Positions 26,546 to 28,680 of a stretch of DNA of 28,680 nt are shown here, piece by piece. The stretch's first letter is position 1. Every line of letters begins with the position of its first letter. Both the position numbers and the translations under genes were made by a program. Origin of the DNA: a virus (lineage: Duplodnaviria; Caudoviricetes); IMG/VR virus record IMGVR_UViG_3300031655_000032, positions 1-28,680 of that record; one strand, 5' to 3'. The notes beneath the pieces are model-generated. The model was not told where the DNA came from, made no database searches, and saw only the letters and a list, made by a program, of their open reading frames with translations.

Positions 26546-27184
26546 CTATATCCACCTTTCAAATTTTTGTTCATCCGGCCCTAGTATACCATACCTTTCA
26601 TGGTACTTTATAAAAATAGCGCCAAAACGGACGGGTTGTGATTGGAACTTCCGTAGTGCGGAACCTTCGGGAATAGTAATTTTGATACCACGGCCCTCCG
26701 CCAGTCCCAGTAAATACTCAGTGCAAGCCCGTTGATAGTCCCACTCCTCATCTGGCATTAAGTCCACGCCGTAAAGAGCTATCTCATCTGGTTCCATGCT
26801 AATGGCGTGGGAGAGCATGTACGTTATAGATGATATGAAATAATCACGGGTCTTTTGGATGACTTTTTCAAACGGATACTGTAGTACACCACCCCAGTAC
26901 GCTTCTTGCATATAAAGCGTTTTGTTTGGGTCTTCTGAAATCTTTTTCAGAGTCTTCCAGTAATTCTGAGGTCGGTGTGCTTGAGTTTTAATGTGATCAC
27001 CTGCCCACGACTCCGTTAGGATAAGCGGGGAGGATAATTCAAGAACGTTCTTTTCGTGCATCTCGTACAGTCGATCATATTTCTCCCACTTATCATCCCA
27101 CGGTAGGCCAAACTTTGTCCACTCGGGATCGTAGAGAGGAGCTTCATCATTTGTAGGGCCAAAGCCCATTACACATATCTTCAT
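26546..27184 (-). CDS. Sialyltransferase/Maf-like (CstII-type fold) protein
   Basis: MKICVMGFGPT and SSITYMLSHAISMEPDEIALYGVD resemble the GxGPS and TSG.YM...A...G.KEI.L.G.D motifs of CstII/Maf-type transferases. GGGAG RBS. Confidence 0.6.
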   Translation of the reverse strand: MKICVMGFGPTNDEAPLYDPEWTKFGLPWDDKWEKYDRLYEMHEKNVLELSSPLILTESWAGDHIKTQAHRPQNYWKTLKKISEDPNKTLYMQEAYWGGVLQYPFEKVIQKTRDYFISSITYMLSHAISMEPDEIALYGVDLMPDEEWDYQRACTEYLLGLAEGRGIKITIPEGSALRKFQSQPVRFGAIFIKYHERYGILGPDEQKFERWI

Positions 27185-27213
27185 GCCTTTTCTCCCTTTG
27201 TATTATTAAAAAG

Positions 27214-27242
27214 ATCCTATATAAACAAGCCCGTTTTGTCAA
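27214..27242 (-). promoter_or_regulatory. sigma70-type promoter heading the packaging/structural operon
   Basis: Minus strand TTGACA-17 bp-TAGGAT, ~30 bp upstream of ATG 27184. Confidence 0.7.
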
Positions 27243-27480
27243 CTCAGTATTTTCAATCCGCAATAGTATTAAAGACGTTGAGTTTTTCAAATTTTGAAAA
27301 ATTTCGTGTATAACCGATTGTGATCCCGGTGGGGGCGGTGGGCTTGGGGGGTGGGGTCGCGTTTGGCATGAATCTTGCATCAGTTTGAAGGCATGAATCT
27401 TGCACTTGCAAGAATGGTGCCAAACTAATTCAGTTCATCGCGCTCAAATGGCACGGAACTTGCTTACAAATGAAGTGAAT

Positions 27481-27642
27481 TAAATGGTACAGCTTTGCTT
27501 GCAAGAATCGTGCCAAAGTCAGGCTCATTTGTAAATTAGTTTGGCACGGTTCTTGCATAACTAAATGGCACGGCTTCGCTTGCAAGAATCGTGCCAAACG
27601 CGAGCATATTTGTAAATTAGTTTGGCACGGTTATTGCATAAC
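27481..27642. repeat. Two imperfect 81-bp tandem repeats
   Basis: 27481-27561 versus 27562-27642. Each carries an N9-spaced box, a minus-strand box and a plus-strand box. Confidence 0.9.
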
Positions 27643-27646
27643 TAAA

Positions 27647-27694
27647 ATGCCTCATTATGAGGCGTTTTCATTATGCCTCATTATGAGGCGTTTT
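27647..27694. repeat. Duplicated 22-bp unit containing a perfect 7-1-7 dyad
   Basis: ATGCCTCATTATGAGGCGTTTT at 27647-27668 and 27673-27694. Confidence 0.9.
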
Positions 27695-28065
27695 GTGTTT
27701 GTGAGTTTAAACCAGAACTTTTTCAGTTATGCAACTATCATACCAAAATGTATGAAAATATTTCGGCATGATAGTTGCATACTGTGGCAGATATGCAGGA
27801 TTCGTGCCAAACCCTTTTGATATAATGGCTTGCAAGATCAGTGCCAAAGTGATTTTGAGGATTTTAGGTCATTAGGATGGCTGTGTCTTTCTGTAGTACC
27901 GTTTGATTTACCCTTTCCACTGGTATCAATAAAGATAAACAAGCGATTCTAAAGGGGTTCTAGCACGTCAACTTTGTGTCACTTTTCTATACAGTCCAAA
28001 CGGTAGTGTATACTTTTATGCTCTTTTATCTGCTTTGCGTATCTAAAATAAATTGTCGATTTTCC

Positions 28066-28093
28066 TTGATTTTGTCAAGTTCTTCTATATAAT
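28066..28093 (+). promoter_or_regulatory. sigma70-type promoter for the rightward block
   Basis: TTGATT-16 bp-TATAAT, followed by an AAGGA RBS and ATG 28129. Confidence 0.6.
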
Positions 28094-28128
28094 AAAGGTA
28101 GTTAATAACTATATAAGGAACTAACCCA

Positions 28129-28680
28129 ATGAAAACCGCACAAAAGCTAAACGACTACTTTAAACTCAAACCCACAGGTTCTAAGTTTGTATACCTCACT
28201 AAGAACAAACCGGCTTTTCAGGCTTGTGACTTGTCAAAAGCAACTGAAGCCACAGAACAGGCTTTTCACTTCTTAAATGAAGCTCTTTTTGATGGTAAGA
28301 TTGAACCTGTTGTAATTACTCTACAATCTTCCAAGGGGTCATACGGGCATTGTACAGTTAACAAAATTTGGGATGATGGCACCCAAAACCACTCGAAACG
28401 TGAAATCAACCTTTCAGTCGATTATCTAAGTATTGACCCTTTCCACTTTTTGGGGACTCTTATTCATGAAATGGTACATTCCAGAAATTTAGATCTGGGA
28501 GTTCGGGACTGTGATTCGAGCACCCAATATCACAATAAGAATTTCAAAACACTTGCGGAATCGGTTGGGTTGATTGTCACTAAGATGGGTAATTATGGGT
28601 TTGCTCATACGCAAGTTGCGATGAATAATTTAGACGGGATTGATCCAGTGGCGGAACAAGCCATTGCCGAATTGATTCTA
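28129..28680 (+). CDS. SprT-like zinc metalloprotease domain protein (runs off right edge)
   Basis: Translated by hand: AFHFLNEALFDG...EINLS...TLIHEMVH...YHNKNFK..AE.VGL. HExxH plus a downstream His. Confidence 0.8.
   Translation, partial: MKTAQKLNDYFKLKPTGSKFVYLTKNKPAFQACDLSKATEATEQAFHFLNEALFDGKIEPVVITLQSSKGSYGHCTVNKIWDDGTQNHSKREINLSVDYLSIDPFHFLGTLIHEMVHSRNLDLGVRDCDSSTQYHNKNFKTLAESVGLIVTKMGNYGFAHTQVAMNNLDGIDPVAEQAIAELIL

Larger units (their letters stand above)
27364..27846. promoter_or_regulatory. Array of 12 sigma54 (-24/-12)-type boxes in both orientations
   Basis: GG-N10-GC boxes close to TGGCACG-N4-TTGCW. Plus strand (left coordinate): 27364, 27389, 27449, 27542, 27623, 27764. Minus strand: 27407, 27500, 27581, 27730, 27794, 27831. 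Confidence 0.85.
1..28680. mobile_element. Tailed phage genome segment (podovirus-like head, tail and ejection module plus start of a divergent early block)
   Basis: Co-oriented TerS-TerL-portal-scaffold-MCP-tail A/B-internal virion-fibre gene order. No host housekeeping genes and no integrase in the window. Confidence 0.95.

Noticed and set aside
192-26735. Numerous plus-strand ORFs in the track (e.g. 5312..5980, 6664..7257, 26079..26735)
   Set aside because: They are antisense shadows of well-supported minus-strand genes and lack recognisable motifs.
27147-27380. 77-aa Pro-rich minus-strand ORF
   Set aside because: It arises from the G-run, overlaps the late promoter and the next gene, and has no RBS.
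27364-27846. CRISPR array interpretation of the intergenic repeats
   Set aside because: Repeats are ~16 bp, occur in both orientations with irregular spacing, and spacers are partly duplicated. No cas genes are present.

Overview
The window is a tailed-phage genome segment with a podovirus-type (T7/BPP-1-like) morphogenesis region on the minus strand (about 27184 to 1). Gene order from the right: a sialyltransferase/Maf-like gene, small and large terminase, several small Pro- or Lys-rich genes, portal, Bbp19-like protein, scaffold, major capsid, two possible decoration proteins, tail tubular A and B, an NlpC/P60-like (DUF6950-type) gene, a Gp37/Gp68 (DUF5131)-type gene, three internal virion proteins, a main tail fibre and a modular set of secondary fibre and chaperone-like genes. 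A plus-strand SprT-like HExxH protein starts at 28129 and runs off the window. The standout is the ~945-bp non-coding gap between the divergent blocks. It holds 12 canonical sigma54 (RpoN) -24/-12 boxes, 6 per strand, within ~480 bp, plus tandem dyads, a G-quadruplex-type G-run and an AT-rich palindrome, while the flanking genes have their own sigma70-type promoters. This suggests a non-promoter role such as an RpoN decoy array. A second highlight is an uncalled 57-aa ORF whose C-terminus mimics the large terminase tail. Family calls come from motif recognition and gene order, not database searches, and the host is not determined.
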